A stretch of DNA of 64,000 bases from Dehalococcoidia bacterium. GTDB lineage: Bacteria > Chloroflexota > Dehalococcoidia > SM23-28-2 > RBG-16-64-32. The notes under the pieces were generated by a model. The model did no database searches, was not told the DNA's origin, and saw nothing but the letters and a program-made list of their open reading frames with translations. The stretch's first letter is position 1. Each line of letters starts with the position of its first letter. The stretch spans positions 6,004 through 70,003 of the forward strand of contig JAUSFE010000104.1 in assembly GCA_030649945.1 (NCBI GenBank), written 5' to 3'. Of the stretch, positions 38,390 to 48,476 are shown piece after piece. Position numbers and translations under genes: made by a program.

Positions 38390-41376
38390 ACCATCTTCTC
38401 CACTTCCACCGGGATCGCCCTGTCCACCTGCTGCTGCACCCAGTTCATCGGGTAGTAATTGAGATGCCCGTAGCCTCCCGCCAGGTGCAGCCACTTGATC
38501 ATGCCCGGGATGATGATGTCGTAGGACTTCCAGTTGCGGTGCTGGTAGGGCTCCCAGGCGTGGTAGACGATCACCTGCCCCGGCCGCGCCGCCGACGAGA
38601 GCTTCGTGTGGATGAAGAACTCGTCGAAGTCATTATGGACGCGCACCTCTTCCCCATCCGCGATGCCGCGAGCCTCCGCATCCCCCGGGTTCATGATGAT
38701 CAGGGGGTGACCACGATGGGTGCGCAACAGCGTCTCGTTGACGACGTTGATGGAGTGGATGCTCCAGCGCTGGTGGCCGCTGGTCATCGTCAGCGCGTAA
38801 TCGCCGCCCATGCGCGGGTTCGGCTTGTGCACGGGCAGCTCTTCTCCCGCCTCCAGGAACCACTCGTGGTCGATGTAGAACTGGATGCGCCGCGTCATCG
38901 TCGGATACGGCACCTTGCGCTCCACGTGCCAGCGCAGCGGCGAAATCGTCTCGTCCGGCTTGATGTCGGTCGCCAGCGCCAGCCCCAGGGCGTCCGCGCC
39001 CAGGCCGGTGAAGCGGATGATCCCCTTCTCGCGCACCTTCTTCAGGTCCGTCTTCTCCGGCAGCGCGCCCACTCGCACCGTGTCCTTCACTATCTCCTCG
39101 GCCAGCTTCTCCCCGTCCCGCTCCTTGATCGCTCCGTGCATCGTGAACACGTCGTAGACGTCTCGCAGCCGGTAGGCCCGGCCGCCGTCGTCGGAGTACT
39201 CATCGATGCCGCGCTCCGTGGCGCGCTGCTGGAGCTTCGCTGCCAGCAGCGCGAATATCTCCCACACCGGCTTCGCCTCGCCCACCGGCTCCACGGCCTT
39301 GTCCGTGAAGGTCAGGAAGTTGATGTGCGCCGTGGGGAAGCGGAAGTCCACCTTCTCGTAGAAGCCGGCCGCCGGCAGGACGATGTCGGAGAAGTAGGCG
39401 GTGGTGCTCATGCGCAGATCGCAGGAGACGATGAGCTTGAACTTGGGCCAGACCTCATTCAGGAGCTGCTTGAAGCCGCCGCGCGTACGCCGGAGGGTAG
39501 ACCCGGCGACGCCCAGGTACACCCGCGGAGGCTTGTCCGGCGCGGGCCTCACGAGGCCGTCCCACCAGCCACGGTCCATCGCCTCCTGCATGTACTCATC
39601 GAAGGTGCGCTTCATCTCCGGATCGTTCCACTCGGGCCGGTTCCAGACCTCCTTGTAGCCCGCGTGGTGGTACCAGTAGAAAGCGGGCGGCACCATTAGC
39701 GGCGTAGCGGGCATGTCCGTGACGGTCTTGCCCCGCACCTCTTCCTGCACCGTCCCGATGGCCACCATCTCCTCGGTGAGCGTGTCGTCCTCGTCAAGGA
39801 GCCGCTTCTCCACCTTGCGGGCCTTGCGGGCGAACTGGAGGAACCCCTCCAGCCCGGGCCGCGTTTTGAGGAGGCCGCTGGGGACCAACTGGGCGCTGTT
39901 CCAGCCGCGCATGCCTGTCCCCTTGCGCCCGAAGTTGCCTGTAAGAGCCATGACCAGGGCCATCGCCCGCTCCATGAGGTCGCCATGGTAGTACTTGTTC
40001 ACGTTGAACCCCTGGAGCATGTGCACGGCCTTCGCCGCGGCCACTTGCTTCGCCAGTCGCCTGATGATCATCGGTTGCACGCCGGTAATCTTCGACGCCG
40101 CCTCCGGCGTGTACGCCTGCAGGAGGGCCACTAGATCCTCGAACGCGGGCCTCACCCGCACCTCCGAACCGTCCGCCAGCTTGACGGGCGCGTCCCCCCG
40201 GAGCGCCGGCGTTGCGCCGCCCAGGTCCAGCGTCCTCCGCGACGCCTTGAGCACGGCGCCGGTTTTCTCGTCCAGGAAGTAGAACTGGTCGTCGCGGCCG
40301 CCGGCCTCCAGGTCGCTCTCCCGCAGGAAGCGCCGGTTGTCCTGACGCACCAGGAGCCCCAGGTCCGTCTGCTCGCGGACGAACGCCTCGTTAACCTTGC
40401 CCTCATCGATGATGACTTTGCACATGGCCAGCGCCAGCGCCGCGTCGGTCCCGGGCTCTATCGGCACGTACAGGTCGGCGTGGATGGACGAGGCGTTGTA
40501 GTCCGGCGCGATGGACACCACTTCGGCGCCGTGGTAGCGCGCTTCCCAGATGAAATGCGCCGAAGGGATACGCGTGTACAGTGGGTTCATGTGCCAGATC
40601 AGCAGCAGGTCTGCATGGAACCAGTCGTCGATGGAAGACACGAACTGGAACTTGCCAAACGTCTGGTACAGGCCGACGTTGAAGTCGGAGGTGAGGCCGT
40701 TGGAGTCCAGCGTCGTCCCACCGATGAGCCGCATCAGGCGCCAGGCGGGGGAAGTTCCGTTGACAGTGCCGCCCTCGCCGGAACCGAACTCGTAGATCAC
40801 CGTCTCCGGCCCCGATTCCTTGATGGCGTCCAGCATGGCGTCCGCGACATCGGTCAGAGCCTGGTCCCAGGTGATGCGCTCCCAATTGCCCTCGCCGCGC
40901 TCTCCGGTGCGCCTCAGCGGGTACTTCAGGCGCTCCGCCCCGTACATCACGCGGCTGAAGCAGGCGCCCTTCTGGCAGCCCCGCGGGTTCATGTCTGGCA
41001 CGCCGTCTTCAATGTGCGGGTAGACGGCGGATTGCTCCTCGCGCCAGACGATGCCGTCCTTTGTGTAGACGTGGAATGAGCAGCCTCCCGGGTAGCAGTC
41101 CACAAGGTGCGTGCCCCAGGTGACCTTGTCCCACGTCCACTTCTTGCGGTAAAGGTCCTCCCAGCCGGTGTAGGCGTAGTAGCGGTAGACCTCGTCCTCG
41201 GCCGTGGTCTGGGCCAGGCGGAAGCCCAGCCGCGTGAGGCTGAGGCCTACGACAGTGCCGCCGACGCCTTTCAGGAAGGTGCGGCGGGATACGGGACGCA
41301 GGGCATCACCGCCGTTCCCCGCGCCGGCCGCGCGCGCCCGGGCTGCCCGCGGGCGGACGCCCGCCCGTCTGGGCAC
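38386..41376 (-). CDS. Type II DMSO-reductase-family (ethylbenzene dehydrogenase-clade) molybdopterin alpha subunit, paralogue 1, with twin-arginine signal
   Basis: ...SRRTFLKGVGGTVVGL Tat motif; FS0 motif H-LVD-C-YPGG-C...C; MGD-binding domains; ~1000 aa; probable GTG start at 41376 just downstream of the alpha2 stop (ORF-track ATG is at 41499). Confidence 0.75.
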   Translation of the reverse strand: MPRRAGVRPRAARARAAGAGNGGDALRPVSRRTFLKGVGGTVVGLSLTRLGFRLAQTTAEDEVYRYYAYTGWEDLYRKKWTWDKVTWGTHLVDCYPGGCSFHVYTKDGIVWREEQSAVYPHIEDGVPDMNPRGCQKGACFSRVMYGAERLKYPLRRTGERGEGNWERITWDQALTDVADAMLDAIKESGPETVIYEFGSGEGGTVNGTSPAWRLMRLIGGTTLDSNGLTSDFNVGLYQTFGKFQFVSSIDDWFHADLLLIWHMNPLYTRIPSAHFIWEARYHGAEVVSIAPDYNASSIHADLYVPIEPGTDAALALAMCKVIIDEGKVNEAFVREQTDLGLLVRQDNRRFLRESDLEAGGRDDQFYFLDEKTGAVLKASRRTLDLGGATPALRGDAPVKLADGSEVRVRPAFEDLVALLQAYTPEAASKITGVQPMIIRRLAKQVAAAKAVHMLQGFNVNKYYHGDLMERAMALVMALTGNFGRKGTGMRGWNSAQLVPSGLLKTRPGLEGFLQFARKARKVEKRLLDEDDTLTEEMVAIGTVQEEVRGKTVTDMPATPLMVPPAFYWYHHAGYKEVWNRPEWNDPEMKRTFDEYMQEAMDRGWWDGLVRPAPDKPPRVYLGVAGSTLRRTRGGFKQLLNEVWPKFKLIVSCDLRMSTTAYFSDIVLPAAGFYEKVDFRFPTAHINFLTFTDKAVEPVGEAKPVWEIFALLAAKLQQRATERGIDEYSDDGGRAYRLRDVYDVFTMHGAIKERDGEKLAEEIVKDTVRVGALPEKTDLKKVREKGIIRFTGLGADALGLALATDIKPDETISPLRWHVERKVPYPTMTRRIQFYIDHEWFLEAGEELPVHKPNPRMGGDYALTMTSGHQRWSIHSINVVNETLLRTHRGHPLIIMNPGDAEARGIADGEEVRVHNDFDEFFIHTKLSSAARPGQVIVYHAWEPYQHRNWKSYDIIIPGMIKWLHLAGGYGHLNYYPMNWVQQQVDRAIPVEVEKMV

Positions 41377-41384
41377 AGGCGGAC

Positions 41385-44195
41385 CTATGCTCCGTTCGCA
41401 CGCTCCACCTCCAGACGGACGAGGCGGTCGGCCGTCGTCGGCTGCCAGCACTGCGACCGGAAGCGGAGGTGCCCATAGCCGCCGGCCAGGCCCAGCCACT
41501 TGGCCATCCCCGGTTCCATATTGGCCGGGTCCTTCCAGCCGGGGAACATGAGCGGCTCGAAGCCGTTGTAGACGATGACCTGGCCCGGGCGCACGGACGG
41601 AGCCACCCTGGCCCAGACCTGGAAGCTCCCCTTGTCGTTGTAGCCTTTCACCAGGTCGCCTTCACGGATGTTGCGGTCGGCGGCGTCGTAAGGGTTCATG
41701 AACATGAAGGGCCGCCCCTGGTGCGTGTCCTGGATCATGCGGTTCATGATGTTCGCGGAGTGGATGCTCCAGCGCGGGTGGCCGCTCGTCAGCATCAGCG
41801 GGTAGTCGCCGCCCATCTTGGGCGCGTCCTTGTGCATGGGCAGCTCCTCGCCGGCCTCCAGGAACCACTCGTGGTCTATGTACAGTTGCGCGCGGCGGGT
41901 AAGGGTGGGATAGGGCAGCTTCCGCTCTGTGTGATGCCGCAACGGCGTGTGCACCTCGTTCGGCTTCAAGTCAGACGCCTGGTTCACGGCCATCGGCTGC
42001 AGGCCCCAGTCCTGGAACCGGATGTATCCCTTGCGCCGCAACGTCTCCAGCGTCGTCCCCTCCGGCAGCGTGCCGTCTACGGTGCCGTCCTCGATCATCT
42101 CGCGCACTATCTTCTCGTCTTCGTCGAAGTAGCCGTTAAGGGTGTAGCGGTTGTACAGGTCGTCCAGCCGCCTCATCGCGCCGCGACCGTCGGTGTACTC
42201 GGTGAAGCCGCGCGCCTTTGCCCTCTCCTCCACCTTCTTGGTCAGCATGCGGAAGATCTGGGGCTCGGACAGCGCCTCGCCGGCCGGCTCCACGGATTTG
42301 TCGTTGAAGACCATCTGGTTCATGTGCGTGGTAGAGAAGTGGAAATTGATCTTCTCCGCGTGCGTCGCCGCGGGCAGGATGATATCCGAGTGCATTCCCG
42401 TCGTGTTCATACGCCAGTCGATGAACACCACCATCTTGAGGTTGGGCCAGAGGTGCTTCAAAAGCTGGTCCTGGCCGCCGCGCGTGCGCCGCAGGGTGTT
42501 GCCGCCGACTTCGAGGTAGACCCGCGGGGTCGTCTCCGGCCCCGGGCGGACGTGCCCCTGCCACCAGCCCTTGGAGACGGCTTCGTTGAAGTAGTCGTCG
42601 AACTCGCGCCGCATGCTCGGGTCGTGCCACTCGCGGCGGTTCCAGTTCTCCTTGAAGCCGCAGTGGTAGTACCAGAAGAACGCGGGCGGGGCGCCCTCTC
42701 CCATGGCCGCGCCGCGCGTCGCCAGTTCCGTCACCGCCAGCTCGTGCGTTACCGTCGGATCCTCGGCCTTGAACGAGCGCAGGATGGAGTCCACCATCTG
42801 CAGCGCCCGGCTGGCGCCCTCCGGGCCGGGCATCATCTTCATGGCCGTCATCATGCCCGGCCAGGGGCCCACGGACCACATCCGGATGCCGGAGCCCTTC
42901 TTGCCCCAGTTCCCGGTGAGTCCCAGCATCAGGCACATGGCGCGTTCCATCAGGTCCGCGTGGTAGTTCTTGCCGGAGTTGAACCCCAGCAGGATGTTCG
43001 TCCGGCTGGTCGCCACCCGGCGCGCCATCTTGCGGATCGCCTCCGGGTTAATGCCGCAGATCTCTGACGCCTTTTCCGGCGTGTAGTCCTCCAGCCGCTT
43101 GAGCACCAGCTGGAACACGGGTTGCACCTCTACTTCCGTGCCGTCAGCCAGGCGCACCTGCGTCCGCGTCTCCAGGGATGGGTTCACCTTGCCCAGGGCC
43201 AGCGTGCCGCGCGGCGCCTCGACGACCTGCTTTGTGCGCGCATCGAACCAGTAGAACTGGTCGTCCCGGCCGCCGGCCTGCAGGTCGCTCTGCCGCAGGA
43301 AGCGCTCGTTGTCCAGGCGCACCAGCAGCGGCAGGTCCGTCTGCTCCTTGATGAACGGCTTGTTGTGCAGCCCCTCCTCGATGATCACCTGAGACATCGC
43401 CAGCGCCAGCGCCGCGTCGGTCCCCGGGCGCACCGGCAGGTGGTAGTCTGCGTGGACGGCCGAGGGGCTGACGTCCGGCGCTACGGTGACGACGCAGGCG
43501 CCCTTGTAACGGGCCTCCGAGACGTAGTGGTAGTAGGGGATGCGCGTGTAGACGGGGTTCATGTGCCAGATCATGATGGTTTCCGAGAGGAACCAGTCGT
43601 CCACGCTGCTGGCGAAGATCTTGCCGAACGTCAGGTACATCCCCGGGGCGAAGTCATTGACGACGCCGTCCAGGTCCATCGTGATGCCGCCCACCAGCCC
43701 GGTGAAGCGCGTGACGGCGCTCAACGCCATCGGGCCCCCCTGGGCCCCCGTCATCTCGTGGATTATGGACTGCGGCCCCTGCTCCTGGATGGCGTCGATC
43801 ACCGCGTCGGCGACCTCTGTGATCGCCTGGTCCCAGGTGATGCGCTTCCAGCGGCCGGCACCCCGCTCCCCTACCCTCTTCATCGGGTAGAGGATGCGTT
43901 CCTGGGAGTACAACATCTGGCCCCACATGGCGCCCTTCTGGCAGCCCATGGGGTTCAGGTCCGGGACCCCCTCCTCTATCGTCTGGTAGGTGGCGCCCGG
44001 CTCCTCGTAGAGGACCACGCCGTCCTTCACGTAGACGCGGAAGGGGCAATTGCCGGGGTAGCAGTCCACGCAGTGGGAGACCCAGGCCACCTTGTCCCAC
44101 TTCCACTTCTGGCGGAAAAGGTCCTCCTGGGACTGGTACTTGGCAGTGGCGCCGGCCCCGGTTGTCTGTAGCGTCCGCAGTGTAGAGTCCGCCAT
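41385..44195 (-). CDS. Type II DMSO-reductase-family molybdopterin alpha subunit, paralogue 2 (no Tat signal)
   Basis: MADSTLRTLQ...KWKWDKVAWVSHCVDCYPGNC...; 936 aa; paralogous to alpha1 and alpha3. Confidence 0.8.
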   Translation of the reverse strand: MADSTLRTLQTTGAGATAKYQSQEDLFRQKWKWDKVAWVSHCVDCYPGNCPFRVYVKDGVVLYEEPGATYQTIEEGVPDLNPMGCQKGAMWGQMLYSQERILYPMKRVGERGAGRWKRITWDQAITEVADAVIDAIQEQGPQSIIHEMTGAQGGPMALSAVTRFTGLVGGITMDLDGVVNDFAPGMYLTFGKIFASSVDDWFLSETIMIWHMNPVYTRIPYYHYVSEARYKGACVVTVAPDVSPSAVHADYHLPVRPGTDAALALAMSQVIIEEGLHNKPFIKEQTDLPLLVRLDNERFLRQSDLQAGGRDDQFYWFDARTKQVVEAPRGTLALGKVNPSLETRTQVRLADGTEVEVQPVFQLVLKRLEDYTPEKASEICGINPEAIRKMARRVATSRTNILLGFNSGKNYHADLMERAMCLMLGLTGNWGKKGSGIRMWSVGPWPGMMTAMKMMPGPEGASRALQMVDSILRSFKAEDPTVTHELAVTELATRGAAMGEGAPPAFFWYYHCGFKENWNRREWHDPSMRREFDDYFNEAVSKGWWQGHVRPGPETTPRVYLEVGGNTLRRTRGGQDQLLKHLWPNLKMVVFIDWRMNTTGMHSDIILPAATHAEKINFHFSTTHMNQMVFNDKSVEPAGEALSEPQIFRMLTKKVEERAKARGFTEYTDGRGAMRRLDDLYNRYTLNGYFDEDEKIVREMIEDGTVDGTLPEGTTLETLRRKGYIRFQDWGLQPMAVNQASDLKPNEVHTPLRHHTERKLPYPTLTRRAQLYIDHEWFLEAGEELPMHKDAPKMGGDYPLMLTSGHPRWSIHSANIMNRMIQDTHQGRPFMFMNPYDAADRNIREGDLVKGYNDKGSFQVWARVAPSVRPGQVIVYNGFEPLMFPGWKDPANMEPGMAKWLGLAGGYGHLRFRSQCWQPTTADRLVRLEVERANGA

Positions 44196-44204
44196 GGGAT
44201 CCCC

Positions 44205-44873
44205 CTAGCTATCGCTGATCTGCCGGCTGAGGTACACCCGCTCGGCTTCCAGGAAGCGCCCGGCCAGCGAGACGGCCGAGCGGTAGAACGCGCCGCCGCC
44301 GCGTTCGCGCTTGACGCGCGCCGTCAGCGCCGGCCACCAGCCCGCGAGCTGTCGGTTCAGGAAGTCCCGCTGCGCCCGCAGGCAGGACAACCGCTCTTCC
44401 TCGTCCTCCGCCTCCGCCTCCTGGCGCGAGAGGTAGTGCATGAACTCCAGCTCCACGCTGGCGTGGTCCGGCATTAGCCCGGCCCGGATGCGCACGCCGA
44501 AGAAGCTAAAGAAGCGCACCAGTTCTTCCATTGTGCGCAGGCGGTCTTGCCCGTAGTGGCCGCTGTGCAGGGGGCACGGCGGCCCGGCCCGCCCGCCCAC
44601 CTCAAACAGGCGGATGTAGCCGGACTGGAAAACGTCGTAGTCCGCGTGGACGTCCCATCTCAGGGACTGCGGAATACGAAAGTGGTAGGGGAGCCCCGCG
44701 CAGGCAGTGGTAAGGTCTTGCAGCCAGCGGTTCTCGCGGATCTCGAGATGGAGCCGGTCTTCCGGGAACGAGAATGTCCTGGAAAACAGGGCATAGATGC
44801 GGCTTCGGGCACAGACCGAAGCGCTCTCTTCACCGGAAATTCCGTCTCGTGACAGGATGGTGGCGGTTGTCAC
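44205..44873 (-). CDS. TorD/NarJ/EbdD-like system-specific chaperone (delta)
   Basis: All-helical 222 aa with ...YIRLFEVG...ELEFMHYL... redox-enzyme maturation protein signature; sits between the beta and alpha genes. Confidence 0.7.
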   Translation of the reverse strand: MTTATILSRDGISGEESASVCARSRIYALFSRTFSFPEDRLHLEIRENRWLQDLTTACAGLPYHFRIPQSLRWDVHADYDVFQSGYIRLFEVGGRAGPPCPLHSGHYGQDRLRTMEELVRFFSFFGVRIRAGLMPDHASVELEFMHYLSRQEAEAEDEEERLSCLRAQRDFLNRQLAGWWPALTARVKRERGGGAFYRSAVSLAGRFLEAERVYLSRQISDS

Positions 44874-44904
44874 GAGGCTCCCCTACCCTGGGTAATATCG
44901 ATGC

Positions 44905-45957
44905 TCACCGTTGCTCCACCCACTGAATGTCGGCTGGATCCCGGTCGAACGGCTTGAACATGTCCTTCCACCAGTAAGCGATGAGCGTGTCCATCAGCTC
45001 GGACTTGCCGCCGTTCCTGGTGGTCTGCATCTCCGTCTGCAGCGTTTCCAGCGCGGGCCTGACGCGCGGCCCGAAGAGCGATTCCAGGTAGTCCGTAGGG
45101 ATGCGCGGGGAGCTTTCGTCGAAGCTGCCGTCTTCGTTCAGGCGCGCCGGACCGATGGGCGGAATGTAGAAGATGTTGGGCTCAGTGCCATACTCGGGGT
45201 GCAGCGGCAGCGCCACCTCCCACTTGCGCACCAGCTTGTGAATGGGGCCCGCCTCGTCGTCCATGAAGCCGAACCAGACGGCCCGGCCCGGGCACTGGCG
45301 CACGCAGGCGGGCGCCACGCCCTGCTCCACGCGCGGGAAGCACATGATGCACTGCTGGCTGACCTGCCGCACAAAGTTGAAGTAGATTTTCTTGTAAGGA
45401 CAGGCCTCCAGGCAGAACTGGTGCCCCTGGCAGCGCGACTCATCGCGCAGGACGATGCCGTCCTCCTTGCGCTTGTACATGGCCCCCTGCGGACAGGCCT
45501 CCACGCAGGCGGGCTTGGTGCAGTGGTTGCAGAGGCGCGGCAGGTAGAAGAAGTAGGAGTTGGGGTATTCACCGGCGCCCTGGTCCTCGTCCCAGTTTGG
45601 GCCCCACTTCGGCTCCTCGCCGATGGGGTGCAGGTAAACGGACTGGCCCTTGCCGCCGTAGAGGACCTCGTCGTAGTTGAAGTCCCAGCCCCCGCCCCAC
45701 TCCTCGCGCAGCGGCCGCCGCCCGGGCTGCGGCACGCCTTCGCGATAGCCGCCGCCCATGGCCTCCCAGTCCTTGGGGTGGCCACGGCCCGGCAGCGTGT
45801 TGACCGTGCACCACCACTGGTACTCGCTGCCCTCGTCGCGCGTCCAAAGGACCTTGCAGGCCACAGAGCACGTCTGGCAGCCGATGCACTTGTTCAGGTC
45901 GAAGACCATCGCCACCTGCCGGGCGGCAGCGCTGCCGCTTCCGTTCGCTTTCGTCAT
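44905..45957 (-). CDS. Fe-S beta subunit (EbdB/DdhB/SerB-type, 350 aa, 4 ferredoxin-like Cys clusters)
   Basis: CIGCQTCSVACK, CNHCTKPACVEACP, CQGHQFCLEACPY, CIMCFPRVEQGVAPACVRQCP. Confidence 0.85.
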   Translation of the reverse strand: MTKANGSGSAAARQVAMVFDLNKCIGCQTCSVACKVLWTRDEGSEYQWWCTVNTLPGRGHPKDWEAMGGGYREGVPQPGRRPLREEWGGGWDFNYDEVLYGGKGQSVYLHPIGEEPKWGPNWDEDQGAGEYPNSYFFYLPRLCNHCTKPACVEACPQGAMYKRKEDGIVLRDESRCQGHQFCLEACPYKKIYFNFVRQVSQQCIMCFPRVEQGVAPACVRQCPGRAVWFGFMDDEAGPIHKLVRKWEVALPLHPEYGTEPNIFYIPPIGPARLNEDGSFDESSPRIPTDYLESLFGPRVRPALETLQTEMQTTRNGGKSELMDTLIAYWWKDMFKPFDRDPADIQWVEQR

Positions 45958-46030
45958 TGCGGGTTACCCCCTTCTGCGCCGCGGGCCGGGCCGGGCAGGT
46001 TATCGCGCTGCTCTGCGCGGCGCTGGACGT

Positions 46031-46678
46031 TCATTCAATCACCAGGTCCAGCCACTGGCGGGAACAGGAGTGCAGGCCGCCGCGCTCCTGGCTGGAGCCT
46101 TCCCACACGGCGAAGGCCACCTTCGCCGGATGCGCGGAACTGAGCTTGACGTTCGTCTTTCCGTTCGCGGACAGCGGCCGGGCGAACACCACGTACCAGC
46201 GCCCGTCCTCCCAGCGCGCCCGCGCCTGCACCTGGCGCTCCGGTGAGTCCTCCTCGGTGCCGTAGCCCTGGCAGGACCTGTTCCGGGCCTCATCTGTCGC
46301 GAAGTTGGCCCGCCAGTACCAGGCGTTGATCGGCGAGCGCGGGGACCCCATCGTCTCCAGCGGCGCGTCGCCCTTCAGCGGGAAGATCACACTGGCGGCG
46401 TCCGGGAACACGGAGCCGTCCCCGAAGTCCGTGTCCTTGGATTCGTCGGGCCACTCCAGGCGGAACAGAATGTCGCGGGAGTTGTGGGCCGTCTGCACTT
46501 TCAGGTTGCGCACGGCGCCCACGGGCCGCCCGGCCCAGACAGTGCGGACGTAGCGCGACGGCTGCAGGTCCACGCGGGCGCCCGCCATACGCAGCTCCTC
46601 TGCCGGCACTTTCTTCCACTGGAAGGCGCCCGAATTCAAAAGGGTCTTCGTGGCAAGCTGTAACTTAACTGCTCTCAT
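46031..46678 (-). CDS. Heme-b gamma subunit, EB_dh (ethylbenzene dehydrogenase gamma) family, without signal peptide
   Basis: ...FPLKGDAPLETMGSP...WYWRANF...AFAVWEGS... matches the EbdC/DdhC/SerC fold; N-terminus MRAVKLQLATKTLLNSG lacks a hydrophobic h-region. Confidence 0.65.
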   Translation of the reverse strand: MRAVKLQLATKTLLNSGAFQWKKVPAEELRMAGARVDLQPSRYVRTVWAGRPVGAVRNLKVQTAHNSRDILFRLEWPDESKDTDFGDGSVFPDAASVIFPLKGDAPLETMGSPRSPINAWYWRANFATDEARNRSCQGYGTEEDSPERQVQARARWEDGRWYVVFARPLSANGKTNVKLSSAHPAKVAFAVWEGSSQERGGLHSCSRQWLDLVIE

Positions 46679-46755
46679 CAGGCTTCTCCCCGGCTAGACT
46701 GGCCTCCAGCTCGTCTTGGGCTCGCGTTCTTTATCGTTCATAGCGCTCCGGGGCG

Positions 46756-47484
46756 TCAGTCGGGCAAAGGCCGGATTTGAAGGTCGGGGTTTTCCCTACA
46801 CTCCTTCAGCCACTCCAGGTCCCGCCGGCAAAACTCCCCCGCGAAGTCCAGCAGCGCGCCGTAGAAGAGCGAGGGCTCCGCGGCGGCGGCCGCCCGGTCC
46901 CGCAGCCGGGGCAGCCAGCGGCAGAGGCGGCGGCCCAGGAAGTCCGCCTGCGCCAGCGTTAGCTCCGCGCTGGTGCCGCCGCCCGCCGCCTGCTTGAAGG
47001 CGAGGTAGTGCATGAACTCCAGCTCCGTGCAGAGGTGGTCCGGCCGGTCCCCCGCCCCGGCTTGCAGCCCGAAGTGCTCGTAAAAGCGCACCAACTCCTC
47101 CATGATCTTCATCCGCCCCGCGCGGTGCGATCCCTCGTAGAGCGGGCAGAACGGCGTGCCGGCCCCCACCTCGAACAGGCGGAGGTAGTCGTGCTCCAGC
47201 GCCGGATAATCGCGCCCGCGGGCGCCGGCTGCGCCCAGCTCTCCCAGCGCGGGCAGCTCAAACGGCAGGTGCGCCGCGGCGGAGGCAAGGTCGTCGCCGA
47301 GGCTGGCGGAGGCGAGGCTGGGCGTCGGGAAATCGAAAGCGCGTGCCAGCAGGCCGTAGACGTGGCTACGGGCAGCCGCCGCCGTCTCGCCGGGGCCCTG
47401 CACGGCGATCCGGGCCAGGTAGCTCACACCGGCCTCTTCAGCGTGCCCGGGTCCCGTGTGAAGCCGCCGAACATGCTCTTCCAC
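46756..47484 (-). CDS. TorD/NarJ-like chaperone (delta), second copy
   Basis: ...YLRLFEVGAG...ELEFMHYLAFKQ...; paralogue of 44205-44873. Confidence 0.65.
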   Translation of the reverse strand: MEEHVRRLHTGPGHAEEAGVSYLARIAVQGPGETAAAARSHVYGLLARAFDFPTPSLASASLGDDLASAAAHLPFELPALGELGAAGARGRDYPALEHDYLRLFEVGAGTPFCPLYEGSHRAGRMKIMEELVRFYEHFGLQAGAGDRPDHLCTELEFMHYLAFKQAAGGGTSAELTLAQADFLGRRLCRWLPRLRDRAAAAAEPSLFYGALLDFAGEFCRRDLEWLKECRENPDLQIRPLPD

Positions 47485-48476
47485 TCGTACGCGATGAGCG
47501 TGTCCAGCATCTCGGACTTCTCGCCCCGCCGCGTCTTCGCCATCTCGGTGCGGAGCGTGTCCAGCACGCGGTTCACGTCCGGCCCGAAGAGCGACTCCAG
47601 GTACTGGCGGGGAATGCGTTCCGACCCTTCGATAACGTCGCCGTTGTCGTCGAACAGCGGCGGCGAGAGCGGGGGCACGTAGTACATGTTGGGCTCCGTG
47701 CCGAACTCAGGGTGCAACGGGATGGCCACCTTCCACACCTTCACCAGTTTGTGGACGGCGCTCTCCTCGTCGTCCAGGAAGCCGATGAAGCGCACCCGGC
47801 CGGGGCACTGGCGGAAGCAGGCGGGGGCCACGCCCTGCTCAATGCGCGGGTAACAGAGGATGCACTTCTGGGAGACCTTCTTCGCCTGGTTGAAGTAGAT
47901 GCGCTTGTAGGGGCAGGCCTCCATGCAGAAGCGATAGCCGCTGCAGCGCTCCTCGTCTATCAGCACAATGCCGTCGTCCACGCGCTTGTAGATGGCCTGG
48001 CGCGGGCAGGCGGCCAGGCAGGCCGGGTTGGTGCAGTGCATGCAGATCATCTGCAGGTAGAAGAAGTAGGAGTTGGGGTAGGCGCCGCTGGCCTGGTCCT
48101 CGTCCCAGAGGGGGCCCCAGTTGTCGTCCCCGGTCTTCGGCTGCAGGTGCTGGTTCATGCCCTGTCCGCCGTAGAGCACATCCTCGTAGTTGAACTCCCA
48201 GGCGTGCCCAAACTCGCTCAGCTTTGGCAGCCGGCTGGGGCGCGGCTCCCCGTCCTGAAAGCCACCGCTCAGTTTCTGCCAGCCCCTGGGCGTGCCCTCG
48301 CCGGGCATTGTGGAGACGATGTTCCACCACATGTACTCCATACCCTCTTCGTCGGTCCAGAGCGTCTTGCAGGCGATGGTACAGGTCTGGCAACCCAGGC
48401 ACTTGTTCATGTCGAAGACAGCGGCCAGCTGTCTCTTGACTGGCGGCGGCTGGACGGGCACGGCCCTAGCCCTCAA
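47424..48476 (-). CDS. Fe-S beta subunit, second copy (350 aa)
   Basis: CLGCQTCTIACK, CMHCTNPACLAACP, CSGYRFCMEACPY, CILCYPRIEQGVAPACFRQCP. Confidence 0.85.
   Translation of the reverse strand: MRARAVPVQPPPVKRQLAAVFDMNKCLGCQTCTIACKTLWTDEEGMEYMWWNIVSTMPGEGTPRGWQKLSGGFQDGEPRPSRLPKLSEFGHAWEFNYEDVLYGGQGMNQHLQPKTGDDNWGPLWDEDQASGAYPNSYFFYLQMICMHCTNPACLAACPRQAIYKRVDDGIVLIDEERCSGYRFCMEACPYKRIYFNQAKKVSQKCILCYPRIEQGVAPACFRQCPGRVRFIGFLDDEESAVHKLVKVWKVAIPLHPEFGTEPNMYYVPPLSPPLFDDNGDVIEGSERIPRQYLESLFGPDVNRVLDTLRTEMAKTRRGEKSEMLDTLIAYEWKSMFGGFTRDPGTLKRPV

Noticed and set aside
38464-44171. Long plus-strand ORFs (38464-39699, 41469-43067, 43122-44171) inside the alpha-subunit genes
   Set aside because: Antisense to large molybdopterin oxidoreductase genes that have conserved FS0 and MGD motifs; no independent support.
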